A stretch of 58,141 bases of DNA from a virus (taxonomy: Duplodnaviria; Caudoviricetes). Under the pieces are notes generated by a model. The model saw only the letters and a program-made list of their open reading frames with translations. It did no database searches and was not told the DNA's origin. The translations under genes and the position numbers were made by a program. Positions 29,937 to 39,279 of this stretch are shown here, piece after piece (the stretch's first letter is position 1; every line of letters starts with the position of its first letter). The stretch lies in IMG/VR virus record IMGVR_UViG_3300025168_000098, positions 1 through 58,141 of that record; one strand, given 5' to 3'.

Positions 29937-32215
29937 TAGAATACACCCCTTGCCCCTCTATATGATTGCTTGACGATTTTAGGCATTTCTGCACTAATTA
30001 TAGACCGAACATCACCTGCTGTCATACTTCCCCCGCCATTGATAGTTATACTCTCAAAATTGAGGGTTAATCCACTATTCGATTGAGAACCCGTATTCAT
30101 GCTTGATTTGCTTGTTAATGTCATATCGTATTTGTCAAGTGGAACAAGTGCTTCTCGACCTGCTTCACCGAAGATTCCGACTGACGGAGATTCTGCAACT
30201 CCGCCCCTGTGATTTGATAACAAACCACCTTCGGGAATACCCAACGCTGAATTGATTTCTTTACCAACTTCATTTGCTTCACCACCAGCACCTACTGAGA
30301 ATCCAACTGCCGCACCACCTATTGCACCTGCTGTTGTTCCAACAACAGGAATGACCGAACCAGCCGCACCACCGACCATAGCACCTGTAATTGCACCCTC
30401 AACGCCTCTCAATAGAGCCGTTCCAATAGCACTTTTTTCTAGCCGATTCATAGCACCAACAATTAAATCTAATATATCGAAAACAGGTTTAAGAATACCC
30501 CCAAGTATTTTCATTGTTTGACCAAATGCAGTAATGAATGGAACTGCTAATTCAAAGGCAACCATAGCCCTATCTACGAACTCAGGTAATTGTGCAATTA
30601 ATGGTAAAATCTCAGTCTGAATTGCATCTCTCAAAACAGTCCATTGGTCAGTATTTTCTCTTAATACTTCTGACACTCGGATTAGTGAGTTCGCAATCTT
30701 ACCATCATTAGCATCTGCAAGACCAATTAATTCAGCAAATAATCCACCAATTACAATTCTTGTTTCTTCAAAGGATGAAGCAACAACTTTCAGTTGGAAA
30801 TCAGAAGTCGTTTTCATGGTTTGTAAATATCTTTGAGCCGCACCATCTGCGTCATTTGTAATATCAACTAAGTCTAAGAATCCTTCACGTTGACCCTGTA
30901 AAGCCATGATAGCAGTTCCACCACGAACTGAGAATATTTCTAACACTTCTGCTGTTGTTGCACCAGCCGCTTCTAACTGATTAATTACATCAACTAAAGA
31001 TGTCAAACCCATAGTCTGAGATTGCACGACATCTTTGTTTGCTGAGAATTGTTTTTCCTGTTCTTTCAGGCTATCTGTAAACTTCTTATTTTGTCTTTGA
31101 GCAAGCCTTTGTTCAAGTGCAACTGATGCTTGTTCAACAGCCAAACTTTTGTTAGCCATTTCTAATTTTTCAATTCTTTTTATTTCAGTCTCAGATAATT
31201 CCCTTCCTTGACGTTCAGCCCTTGCTCTAATCTGCATTATTGCGAGAGAATTAGATTGTTGTTCAATTGACAAATCTTCTAGTTTTCCATTCAGAATGTC
31301 AAGTGCAAATGATGCTCTTTCAACATCAACTTTAGTCTGAGTAATTGTTGCTGAAACTGCTCTTAATGCTGTGTCAGCCGCTTGACCAGCAGGGGTCAAA
31401 GTTAGGAAGTTCAATCCGAGTCTATCCATAACTCTTCTAGCATCATCTGTTGGACTCAACAACTTGTTAATTGACATTCTCAATCCTGTTCCAGCGATTG
31501 TTCCCTGCAAACCTGCATCTCCTAATGCACCAATTGCCGCCGCCATTTCCTCAATAGAAAGTCCAGCCGCATTTGCTGTTGGGGCAAGAAACTTCATTGA
31601 CATTCCAAGAGATTGTAAGTCTGTAAATGATGATGTCATAGTAGCAACAAAAACATCCATTACTCTATCCATTTCTGAAATCTCAAGACCCATACCTTTC
31701 ACAGAAGAAATTACAATCCCAGCCGCAGTTTCAACATCAACTCCACCAACTACTGAGAAGCCAACAAGACTCTTGATTGCACCTTCTGTTGAAGTTCCTA
31801 ATTCATCCATACTAAGACCTGCTAGAGCAAGCACGTTACCTGCCTGTGCTACCTGTGTAGCAGTAGCAGAAGATTGCTTTGCTATGTCTCTTATTACAGT
31901 CTCAAGACCATCCATATTTTCATTGAGTTCTCCTGTGATTTCACTTGTTTCACCAAGAGTTGCACCCATCCTTGTCATAGCAACTTCAAACTCTAAAAAT
32001 GTTCCAATTGATTTCTTGATAAACATCCCTGTGATTGCCGCACCTAATGTTACTGCCGCAACCCCAGCGACAGCCATAGATTTACTCATTGATTTCAATG
32101 AACTTGATATTGAGTTACCTGCTGATTCGGTTGAACCTGCCGCCGCCGCCATAGCCGCTTGTAATTGCTTTGAATTACCCTCAATAACTACTGACATTTT
32201 TACATCTTTAGCCAT
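29936..32215 (-). CDS. Tail tape measure protein (TP901-like)
   Basis: Ala-rich helical protein; LGDAGLQGTIAGTGLR core; C-terminal GEAGREALVPL. Confidence 0.92.
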   Translation of the reverse strand: MAKDVKMSVVIEGNSKQLQAAMAAAAGSTESAGNSISSSLKSMSKSMAVAGVAAVTLGAAITGMFIKKSIGTFLEFEVAMTRMGATLGETSEITGELNENMDGLETVIRDIAKQSSATATQVAQAGNVLALAGLSMDELGTSTEGAIKSLVGFSVVGGVDVETAAGIVISSVKGMGLEISEMDRVMDVFVATMTSSFTDLQSLGMSMKFLAPTANAAGLSIEEMAAAIGALGDAGLQGTIAGTGLRMSINKLLSPTDDARRVMDRLGLNFLTLTPAGQAADTALRAVSATITQTKVDVERASFALDILNGKLEDLSIEQQSNSLAIMQIRARAERQGRELSETEIKRIEKLEMANKSLAVEQASVALEQRLAQRQNKKFTDSLKEQEKQFSANKDVVQSQTMGLTSLVDVINQLEAAGATTAEVLEIFSVRGGTAIMALQGQREGFLDLVDITNDADGAAQRYLQTMKTTSDFQLKVVASSFEETRIVIGGLFAELIGLADANDGKIANSLIRVSEVLRENTDQWTVLRDAIQTEILPLIAQLPEFVDRAMVAFELAVPFITAFGQTMKILGGILKPVFDILDLIVGAMNRLEKSAIGTALLRGVEGAITGAMVGGAAGSVIPVVGTTAGAIGGAAVGFSVGAGGEANEVGKEINSALGIPEGGLLSNHRGGVAESPSVGIFGEAGREALVPLDKYDMTLTSKSSMNTGSQSNSGLTLNFESITINGGGSMTAGDVRSIISAEMPKIVKQSYRGARGVF

Positions 32216-32219
32216 CTAT

Positions 32220-32396
32220 TCACCTACCTTTTTGTCTCTCATATTGTCGCCTGACCTTTTCTGCAAAGGCCGACCAAAGAAACATAGAATCTCTTGGGTC
32301 TAGTTGTCGCCACTCTTGAGGGGTTATTCCGGTTTCGGTCAATATCTGAAAAAGAAATTGCCCTTCGTCTGTTTTGGAGTAATCTATTACTTTCCC
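32220..32396 (-). CDS. -1 frameshift extension of tail chaperone (gpGT-like)
   Basis: GGGAAAG at 32390-32396; the -1 frame reads VIDYSKTDEGQFLFQILTETGITPQEWRQLDPRDSMFLWSAFAEKVRRQYERQKGR and stops at 32220. Confidence 0.8.
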   Translation of the reverse strand, partial: GKVIDYSKTDEGQFLFQILTETGITPQEWRQLDPRDSMFLWSAFAEKVRRQYERQKGR

Positions 32397-32719
32397 AAAG
32401 CACCGTTTTGGCCTGTTCCAACGGCTTCTGTAACTCTTGTTGCCAACTCTCCAAGTAATTGCATTGGAAGTAATCTAAACTTGTTCCATGTAAGTGTAGA
32501 ATCGCATTTGGATAACATCTCAAAGACGGTTCGTAATCCAAGTAATTCGTTTCTATCATCACCTGATAATCTTGCGATTTCCGGTTCTGATTTGAGAACT
32601 TGAAACTCGGATGCTGAAAGTGGTTTGGCTTGGAGAATATCTTCTGATAATCCAAGTCCTGATACATCAACATCAATCGGGTTGTTTGCTTGTTCAATTG
32701 CGTTATCCAGCCATGACAT
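32387..32719 (-). CDS. Tail assembly chaperone (gpG-like)
   Basis: Between tail tube and tape measure genes; ends in slippery G GGA AAG TAA. Confidence 0.8.
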   Translation of the reverse strand: MSWLDNAIEQANNPIDVDVSGLGLSEDILQAKPLSASEFQVLKSEPEIARLSGDDRNELLGLRTVFEMLSKCDSTLTWNKFRLLPMQLLGELATRVTEAVGTGQNGALGK

Positions 32720-32786
32720 ATTTTTCGCCTCTTATTATTACTAATAGCCGAGTTCCCACCGTTATGAATGAAGTGGTATTTGATGC

Positions 32787-33188
32787 TCAAGTGGCTCTTG
32801 ACCAATTCAAACCCTCAAAAGAAGCATTAATCATTAAAGCACCTTCTGAACCTGCTTCTAATCCTTCAATTGACATATCTGTGAATACACAAGTTAAAGC
32901 CGAGTATTTATGCGTAGCAGAACCACTACCTGTTGCTTCAAACTCAATGTTAAACTCAGCATCAGTATTGAAGTAAGTATAGAGTGTATTATCGGTTATT
33001 CCCCAAGCAGATTTCAATGTGCCTGATACAGATTTCAATCCTCTTGTATTTGCTGTTGCTGTATTACCGCCAAGAGTAACATATTTTCCTGTTGCTGTTG
33101 CTAGTGATAAATCACCACTAACAAACCCTACTATACTTCCTGAAACTGTTATCTTGCCTGTTACACCTGTGAATGCGTGAACTGCCAT
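32787..33188 (-). CDS. Major tail tube protein
   Basis: 133 aa, G/T/S-rich beta protein; position before chaperone and tape measure. Confidence 0.75.
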   Translation of the reverse strand: MAVHAFTGVTGKITVSGSIVGFVSGDLSLATATGKYVTLGGNTATANTRGLKSVSGTLKSAWGITDNTLYTYFNTDAEFNIEFEATGSGSATHKYSALTCVFTDMSIEGLEAGSEGALMINASFEGLNWSRAT

Positions 33189-33214
33189 ATCCAAACCCTC
33201 TTCTTATGGGGCTA

Positions 33215-33550
33215 TTAACTGTCTCGCCTAGATTGTTTGTATTTCCGCTTTGCTTCACGTTCTTTTTCTAATTTCTCAATCAGAATCTTTGGTTTGACTT
33301 TTCCATCTTTCGGGTCTTTCTGAAAATATCCAGCCCTTCTACCATCCTGTCTTTCTGCCTCACATAAATCACATCTATGTTCAGAATCTTTAGTGTGTTT
33401 TTCAGCACCCATTCTTTGTAGTTCAGAAACGAATCTCAAACGTGAATCTCCCTGTGGAAAATCAACAGGAATTATACATCTGAGATTGTGATGTTCGCAG
33501 ACACATCTCCATTTATGACCGCAGGTAATTGCTTTGTTTTTCTTACTCAC
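33215..33550 (-). CDS. Cys/His-rich basic hypothetical protein
   Basis: CGHKWRCVCEHH and HRCDLC; adjacent to the glycosyltransferase stop. Confidence 0.6.
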   Translation of the reverse strand: MSKKNKAITCGHKWRCVCEHHNLRCIIPVDFPQGDSRLRFVSELQRMGAEKHTKDSEHRCDLCEAERQDGRRAGYFQKDPKDGKVKPKILIEKLEKEREAKRKYKQSRRDS

Positions 33551-33551
33551 T

Positions 33552-34913
33552 TTATCGCCTCATTCCCATTGTTGAATGTTTACCAAGTGGGTGTTTAGTA
33601 TTGGCGGCTTTAGATAGTATTTTTTCTGTTTGGTCAACTATGATTTCCCAATCAAGATTTTCAATTGCGAAATCTCTTGCATTTCTTCCAAGTTCTTTTC
33701 TTAAATCTTCATTTTCATATGATTGAATCATTGCAGATTTCAAAGCATCAACATCCACCAATCCCATATTGACTGACCACTTTCCACCGCAAATCGAAGT
33801 GATACATTTCACCAACCATCCCCTGTTGGCTTCAACATATGATTTTCCTTCCGCTAGGATTCCGCCTGTCAATTCTGAACCTGTGCTATTATCAGGAAGT
33901 ATGATTGGGATTCCACATGACATTGCTTCTGCACTTGGAACTCCAAAACCTTCTCCACCTGTTGCTAAAACATGAACATCTGAGATACCATAGACAAGTG
34001 CTAATTCTTCTCTTGATAATCCCATCAATGGATTGTTGCCTTTGTCTGTAAATCTGACATTATTTGTTAATCCCATTTGATTCAAAGTTAATGGTAAATC
34101 CCAACCCCCCATTCCCATCGTATCTGATGCATCACCACAATGAATTAGAAGTCCAACAGAATCAGGGTCATCTACTTCATCGAGAAACTTTCTGAATGCT
34201 TCTAATAATCTTGGGATTTGTTTTCGATTTGTATTTCTTCCAACTGAACAAAAAATGTAATCCCAATGCGATATTCCCCACATCTGCTTAGTCTCTTCCT
34301 TTTTCTTTTCCGATATAGGGGCAAATACAGACGTTTCTACGCCATGTAGCAGTATATCCCCCTCATTCCCCCGATAACGGTCTAGCATAGCATCCCTGAG
34401 CGTCTTATCGGCATTCCCAGCACTACTGTATTCATTCACAAAGTCAGAAAATACAGATTTTCCAAAATTAGCCATCCAAAGTGGAGTATGAAGCATTTTC
34501 AAAACATCCTTCCAAGCATATGAAATTGGATATCCATCTATCGGCATATATGCAATATATGGAACATTCATTTTATTGGTGCTGACAACAGATGAACCAA
34601 TGTAAAATGGGTCATTCAATGTCAGATATAAATCGGGTTGTAATCTAGCCAAATGATATTCTAAAACAGTTGGGCTGTGGTCGCCACTTAATCTCTCAGC
34701 ACCATATCCTGAAATCCCAGCATGAACTAAAGTCCAACCTTCTTCATGTTTGAAATCTTCACCATTGTAATCCCATCCGATTATGAAAACTTCATGTCCT
34801 CTTTCAACTAATCGTTTGCAGATTTCTCTAGTTACAGTTCCATATCCTGTTGGTCGAGTTGGTTGCTCAGAACCCCACAGGATTCTCAATTTCTTTGACT
34901 TCGCTTTAGCCAT
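33552..34913 (-). CDS. Glycosyltransferase (GT-B, GT4-like)
   Basis: PTGYG N-terminal motif, VGRNTNRK, EGFGVPSAEAMSCGIP (EX7E). Confidence 0.9.
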   Translation of the reverse strand: MAKAKSKKLRILWGSEQPTRPTGYGTVTREICKRLVERGHEVFIIGWDYNGEDFKHEEGWTLVHAGISGYGAERLSGDHSPTVLEYHLARLQPDLYLTLNDPFYIGSSVVSTNKMNVPYIAYMPIDGYPISYAWKDVLKMLHTPLWMANFGKSVFSDFVNEYSSAGNADKTLRDAMLDRYRGNEGDILLHGVETSVFAPISEKKKEETKQMWGISHWDYIFCSVGRNTNRKQIPRLLEAFRKFLDEVDDPDSVGLLIHCGDASDTMGMGGWDLPLTLNQMGLTNNVRFTDKGNNPLMGLSREELALVYGISDVHVLATGGEGFGVPSAEAMSCGIPIILPDNSTGSELTGGILAEGKSYVEANRGWLVKCITSICGGKWSVNMGLVDVDALKSAMIQSYENEDLRKELGRNARDFAIENLDWEIIVDQTEKILSKAANTKHPLGKHSTMGMRR

Positions 34914-34956
34914 AGATAATGGTCGGAAATCCCACCGTTATGAACAGACTCTAATT

Positions 34957-35088
34957 TTACATTCTAACAGTTGTTCTACCTAACTTGTAAAAGAAGTAAT
35001 AATGGTCTATTTCTTCTTCTGTTAATCCTGAACCTGCATACTCAGTAATAACCATTTCTTCAAACTCTTTTCTTGTCAATTGTCTCAT
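34957..35088 (-). CDS. 43-aa hypothetical protein
   Basis: MRQLTRKEFEEMVITEYAGSGLTEEEIDHYYFFYKLGRTTVRM; starts 2 nt after the upstream stop. Confidence 0.5.
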   Translation of the reverse strand: MRQLTRKEFEEMVITEYAGSGLTEEEIDHYYFFYKLGRTTVRM

Positions 35089-35090
35089 GT

Positions 35091-35513
35091 TTAGAACCCC
35101 CTGTTAGCAAAGATATCTCTTGGTGCATTTCTGCTTCCTCTTCGACCTGCTGATGGATTGTTTCTCAATGGTGTTGAAAGAACTTTTCCTGTCATGTCAA
35201 CTAATACATCTGTGCGTGAAACTGAGAGGTCGAATGTTTGTGTTGCCCTTCGTAGGTAAACAGTTTTCACTTGACCATTTCTTACGATTACAACTACTAA
35301 ATCTCCATTGCTGGTATTGCCCCATGCTTGGCCTCTTTGTGAGCCTAAGTCATGTGCAATGATTCCTACTGATTTTGTTCCATACTTTGCAGATGCTTTT
35401 CTAACTGCTGAAATTACTTTTTGTGCTTCTTCTCCAACTAATCTTTCGTCAACTCTTTGTAAAGCGTGGACTGATAGGTTTGGTCGGTTTGTTGGTTGGC
35501 TCATGTGGCTCAT
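35091..35513 (-). CDS. Hypothetical protein, possibly DUF4258/RelE-like fold
   Basis: LSVHALQRVDERL...VVIVRNGQVKTVY; start fixed by the 67-bp promoter. Confidence 0.55.
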   Translation of the reverse strand: MSHMSQPTNRPNLSVHALQRVDERLVGEEAQKVISAVRKASAKYGTKSVGIIAHDLGSQRGQAWGNTSNGDLVVVIVRNGQVKTVYLRRATQTFDLSVSRTDVLVDMTGKVLSTPLRNNPSAGRRGSRNAPRDIFANRGF

Positions 35514-35580
35514 AAATGAGCCACCGTAGGCTTCCCCCTTATCAATATATCCCAAATATCAATGGTTTTTGATATCAAAA
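35514..35580 (-). promoter_or_regulatory. 67-bp cassette promoter (copy 3 of 3)
   Basis: TTTTGATATCAAAAACCATTGAT...ATTGATAAGGGGGAAGCC...GCTCATTT-ATG. Confidence 0.75.
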
Positions 35581-35961
35581 TTACTTTTTTGACTTGAGCC
35601 GTGTGTTGAGTTCAACATCTGTGCTATGTCTAATCCGATGACAATTTGAACACAACACAACACACTTCTCAATTTCTCCTAGAATCTTTTCTTTTCCATA
35701 TCCATCATGAACCATTTTTGAAACTATTGAAAACTTTTCAGAAGAATCTAAATGATGAAAATCTAAAATCCAAGAATGAGGATATCCTGAGATACTACAA
35801 TCAGCACATTTCAGCGTGTGTTTTATTGACTTGAACCATTCTTTCATTTGTTCTCTTCTGACCTTCTTTTTGTGCTTGTATGATGCTTTCCGTTCAGCAT
35901 ATCTTTTCTTCTGATACCTACGATTGTAGGCTACTCTTTTCGATGCGTCTTTGTAAGGAAT
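35581..35961 (-). CDS. HNH endonuclease-like protein (possible ATT start)
   Basis: CADC...DFHH...EIEKCVVLCSNCHRIRH; frame is open upstream to ATT-CCT-TAC-AAA-GAC (xPYKD); first ATG at 35847. Confidence 0.75.
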   Translation of the reverse strand: MPYKDASKRVAYNRRYQKKRYAERKASYKHKKKVRREQMKEWFKSIKHTLKCADCSISGYPHSWILDFHHLDSSEKFSIVSKMVHDGYGKEKILGEIEKCVVLCSNCHRIRHSTDVELNTRLKSKK

Positions 35962-36006
35962 GAATCGAACCTGATTATTTGCTGTTATTGATAGTTATGA
36001 CTGAGA

Positions 36007-36360
36007 TTATCTTTTTCCGCCAAAATAAGGAGTTCCGTGTCCTTCGGAAATTAATTTTTCAGCAACATCGAACTGTTCATCACCTGTTGACATCAACAGG
36101 CTTCCAAGACACCTGCCGAACTTTCCGACTCCGTGAGATTGCAGAATTATTTTATCAGCACCAGCAACTAATTCTTTCATTCTCTCTTTCGCTTCAAGAC
36201 CTTTCTTTTTTTCTTCTAAATCTCTTGTTCTTGTTTCAGGAGTATTTAGTCCATAAATCCTGATTCGGATATTGTGATGAACTTTGAAACCTAAGTCAAC
36301 TCTTGCGTCAACGGTGTCTCCATCAACAACCCTTAGAACATTGATTGCGTATTCAAACAT
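36007..36360 (-). CDS. Thermonuclease (SNase-like)
   Basis: RVVDGDTV, IRIYGLNTPE, GKFGRCL. Confidence 0.9.
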   Translation of the reverse strand: MFEYAINVLRVVDGDTVDARVDLGFKVHHNIRIRIYGLNTPETRTRDLEEKKKGLEAKERMKELVAGADKIILQSHGVGKFGRCLGSLLMSTGDEQFDVAEKLISEGHGTPYFGGKR

Positions 36361-36366
36361 TCACAA

Positions 36367-36759
36367 TCACAGGGAACGTGCTTCGTCTGAGTTTTTAATT
36401 CCAAAAACAAAGTTTTCCTTTGTTAAATTATTATGGAATGTCATTGCTTTTCTGTAATGATTTAACTCATGTTCAGTAGCATCTCTTTTTACATATTCTT
36501 TGAAAATATTATTGATGAAAACTTCTATGTCATCGTCATCTTCCACATCTGTAACTTCTGCTAATGTTGGTAGTGGTGGATGTTTGTAATCTTCCTCAAC
36601 AACTTCCTCAACAATTTCTTCTGTTTCTTCTGATGCATCATCCCAAGATAAAACTGCATCGAGTCTTTCTGCTAGTTCTGTTTTCGTTCCTTCTGTGTCT
36701 AAACCATTTTCTTCACAAAGAGCGATTAGTTCTGCTTTCTTCAAATCTACGAGAGCCAT
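36367..36759 (-). CDS. SAP-domain protein
   Basis: LKKAELIALCEENGLDTEGTKTELAERL matches the SAP consensus. Confidence 0.75.
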   Translation of the reverse strand: MALVDLKKAELIALCEENGLDTEGTKTELAERLDAVLSWDDASEETEEIVEEVVEEDYKHPPLPTLAEVTDVEDDDDIEVFINNIFKEYVKRDATEHELNHYRKAMTFHNNLTKENFVFGIKNSDEARSL

Positions 36760-36801
36760 ATTACTTGACCGTTGATTTCCGGTTATTCAAGGAATCGGTA
36801 A

Positions 36802-37317
36802 TTATTCATTCCATCGGCATGAAACTGTGATTTCTGCTCGATATCCTGTAACGTCAGTTTTGTCAATATCTATACCACATAATGCATCTTTGAACTCAAT
36901 TGTTTTACCCATTTCTGACCTAACTATTCTAACAAAATGATAATCACTTCCACCAACTCCTGTCATACCACTTCCTGACTGTGGAGAAGTCAAAGTTTCA
37001 TTGTTCAAAACTAGCATTAATTTTTGAAATAATGACCAAACTTTTACTCTAGTTGGGGCATACAAAACTATTGAATAATATCCTGTTGAGATTTTTGGCT
37101 GGGCTGTCGAAGAACCACCTGTTAGATTGAATGCTTCTGAGTCTGTATATAGTGGAACAATTGAGATTTGATATGTCTTTTGACGCTTGAACTCAAGCCA
37201 TCCACTATTCACAATTGGAGTCCAAACTCCATCAGGAGAAGTCATATTTGTAGTGATTAAACTTGACAACATTGTATGTGGGTCTGTTGCTGGGATTCCT
37301 GTGCTTGAAATTGACAT
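36802..37317 (-). CDS. Putative tail terminator/neck protein
   Basis: Position after the adaptor; alpha/beta pattern; start MSISST. Confidence 0.5.
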   Translation of the reverse strand: MSISSTGIPATDPHTMLSSLITTNMTSPDGVWTPIVNSGWLEFKRQKTYQISIVPLYTDSEAFNLTGGSSTAQPKISTGYYSIVLYAPTRVKVWSLFQKLMLVLNNETLTSPQSGSGMTGVGGSDYHFVRIVRSEMGKTIEFKDALCGIDIDKTDVTGYRAEITVSCRWNE

Positions 37318-37327
37318 TAATATTCCC

Positions 37328-38005
37328 TCAATAGTTACCTTCCAAACCAAATGTAGCAACTGCAATCTTAGAATGTTTTTTGACTAATTCTAACATTTCT
37401 TTCAGGTCTGCTTCTGATGATTTTAACAATCTCGCCCACATCTCTTTTACTCTATCCATACAGTTCTCATCGTTCAATGCAGAACGTGCCGCATTTCTTG
37501 ATACCATCATGATTGTAGCCATCTTAGCCTCGATTGTAGGTGTTGCATTACCAGCAATATATTCGGCCTTCAAAGCAAGCACACCATCTTCCGTAAACTT
37601 CCCCATAAATCTTACAATTCCAGCCTCTTTATCATGTAGCCAATATTCATCTGTATTCCTGACCCTACCCTGCACTAAAGCCTTCTCAACACCACTATCA
37701 TTGATTGTGTAAATATTAGTTATTGATGCAACAGGTCGAACCCCCATGACCAAATGTTTAGTGAATCCGTTTATGTCAAAATATTCTGTAACTCCAACAG
37801 TTCCAGCAACTTGAACACCAGCATATGCATCCACTAATCTTGATGCATTTGAAATCATCAAAGCAATCTGAGAATCAGTTGCACCAATACCTTCTGAGAA
37901 GTTTACTCCTGTGTATGCTTCAACGTCTGCTAAAGTGCAATAATCAATTGCAGAAGTAGCACCTTCATCAACAATTAACTGCCCCATTGACCAGCCAATT
38001 GTCAT
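37328..38005 (-). CDS. Head-tail adaptor (gp6/gp15-like)
   Basis: YCTLADVEAY and ISNASRLVDAY; follows the capsid gene. Confidence 0.75.
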   Translation of the reverse strand: MTIGWSMGQLIVDEGATSAIDYCTLADVEAYTGVNFSEGIGATDSQIALMISNASRLVDAYAGVQVAGTVGVTEYFDINGFTKHLVMGVRPVASITNIYTINDSGVEKALVQGRVRNTDEYWLHDKEAGIVRFMGKFTEDGVLALKAEYIAGNATPTIEAKMATIMMVSRNAARSALNDENCMDRVKEMWARLLKSSEADLKEMLELVKKHSKIAVATFGLEGNY

Positions 38006-38111
38006 TAGAAATCCACCTCTTTTTCATTAATAATTATTCCACCAAAAGTATAGCCCAAGAGAATCATTGTCATTGTCTAATCCTTTATGGTTTATCACCG
38101 ATGCTAAAGGA

Positions 38112-38147
38112 CTTAGCCTGACGGCCTTTTGTAGCCATCAAACTAAG
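38112..38147 (-). terminator. 14-bp hairpin after the major capsid gene
   Basis: Minus strand CTTAGTTTGATGGC...GCCGTCAGGCTAAG pairs fully using G-U pairs available only on this strand. Confidence 0.55.
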
Positions 38148-38175
38148 CCATTAGGCAAGGTTTGTTTCAACAGTT

Positions 38176-39237
38176 TCAGACTGTGTTGATTCCGTTGAAT
38201 CTACATAGTGCGTCAGCGTATCGAACACCGAATGCTATGTCTTGTCGTGGAATCAAAACGAATCTATCTTTTGTTGGCTCATCGTGGAAATCAATACTGA
38301 ATCTTCTGTCAGCATTTGTTGGGTTTCCAATCAAAGGACTTCTCTTGTGAACAAGTAAAGCAGTAGTCTTTGTGTGAACATTTGAACCACCTGTTGCTTT
38401 GTGAGTTCCATCCCAATGTAGGTTGGTAGCAAGAGCAGATGTTGCGAATACTGAGATACCGTAAATCTTTCCGATTTCTCCTGTTAATATTGTAGCACCG
38501 CTTCCATATTTATCGAGAGTTTGCAGTTGTTCTAATCCGAGCAGTTGAACCTCAAGATTTCTAGGAACTATCAAAGCAAGGTCATCACGGTTTTCTGCGT
38601 AAACACCAAGTTTGTCAATTGCTTCACGAATATGGGATAATGCGAAAGTTCCGCTTACTAGAACTGATTTTCCAGCAGACTTTCTTAGACCATCGAACAT
38701 TAGTAGGTAATCGTTGTCATCTGCATCAACACCTGTTGGGTTAGTAGATGCATTATAGATACCGTTAATGTTTGCACCATATGCACTTCCTGTTGCTGTA
38801 TCACCGTTTAGTAAAAGTGATTGCTCATTGAATGCAAGACGGGATGCGATATCATCACGAAGAACGGATAGTAAACCTTCAACACCGTATGCAATTAGAT
38901 AGTTTCCAACAGGCACGTTAGCAATCATAGTTTTCAAGGTCATTGTCAACTCAGCAGTTGTCTGAGATGATTCGCCCTGTGCTGTTCCTGATGTTGTATC
39001 TGCAAGTGTTTGTTGGTGGAATGCTACTGAACCTGTTAGGCTTGGAACATTTACAGTTCTACGAGACATTGGTAGTGCTGGGAATAATCCACGCATGAAG
39101 TTTCTTTCATACACTATCGCAATAATTTCGTCTGCTGTTTCAGTAGGCAACATTGTTGCCCCTGAACCTGCTGTATTGCCAGCAAGTGCATCTTTCACTC
39201 TTTCTACTACATCGTTAAACTCTATTTCTTCTGACAT
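38176..39237 (-). CDS. Major capsid protein (HK97 fold)
   Basis: MLPTETADEII, LLNGD, FDGLRK, GEIGKIYGISV; follows the protease gene. Confidence 0.9.
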   Translation of the reverse strand: MSEEIEFNDVVERVKDALAGNTAGSGATMLPTETADEIIAIVYERNFMRGLFPALPMSRRTVNVPSLTGSVAFHQQTLADTTSGTAQGESSQTTAELTMTLKTMIANVPVGNYLIAYGVEGLLSVLRDDIASRLAFNEQSLLLNGDTATGSAYGANINGIYNASTNPTGVDADDNDYLLMFDGLRKSAGKSVLVSGTFALSHIREAIDKLGVYAENRDDLALIVPRNLEVQLLGLEQLQTLDKYGSGATILTGEIGKIYGISVFATSALATNLHWDGTHKATGGSNVHTKTTALLVHKRSPLIGNPTNADRRFSIDFHDEPTKDRFVLIPRQDIAFGVRYADALCRFNGINTV

Positions 39238-39279
39238 TTTATATTCCTCAGTTTGATTTTTTTTGTTCGACCTTTTTCC

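Noticed and set aside
31464-32303. Long plus-strand ORF (similarly 39263-39949, 18324-18926, 24466-24942)
   Set aside because: These are antisense shadows of minus-strand genes, with no motifs or start signals.
32239-32805. 188-aa minus-strand ORF overlapping the chaperone
   Set aside because: Alternative frame; the region is explained by the chaperone and its -1 frameshift product.
35955-35975. GGTTCGATTC T-loop-like sequence suggesting a tRNA
   Set aside because: No T-stem or cloverleaf pairing around it; I found no tRNA in the window.
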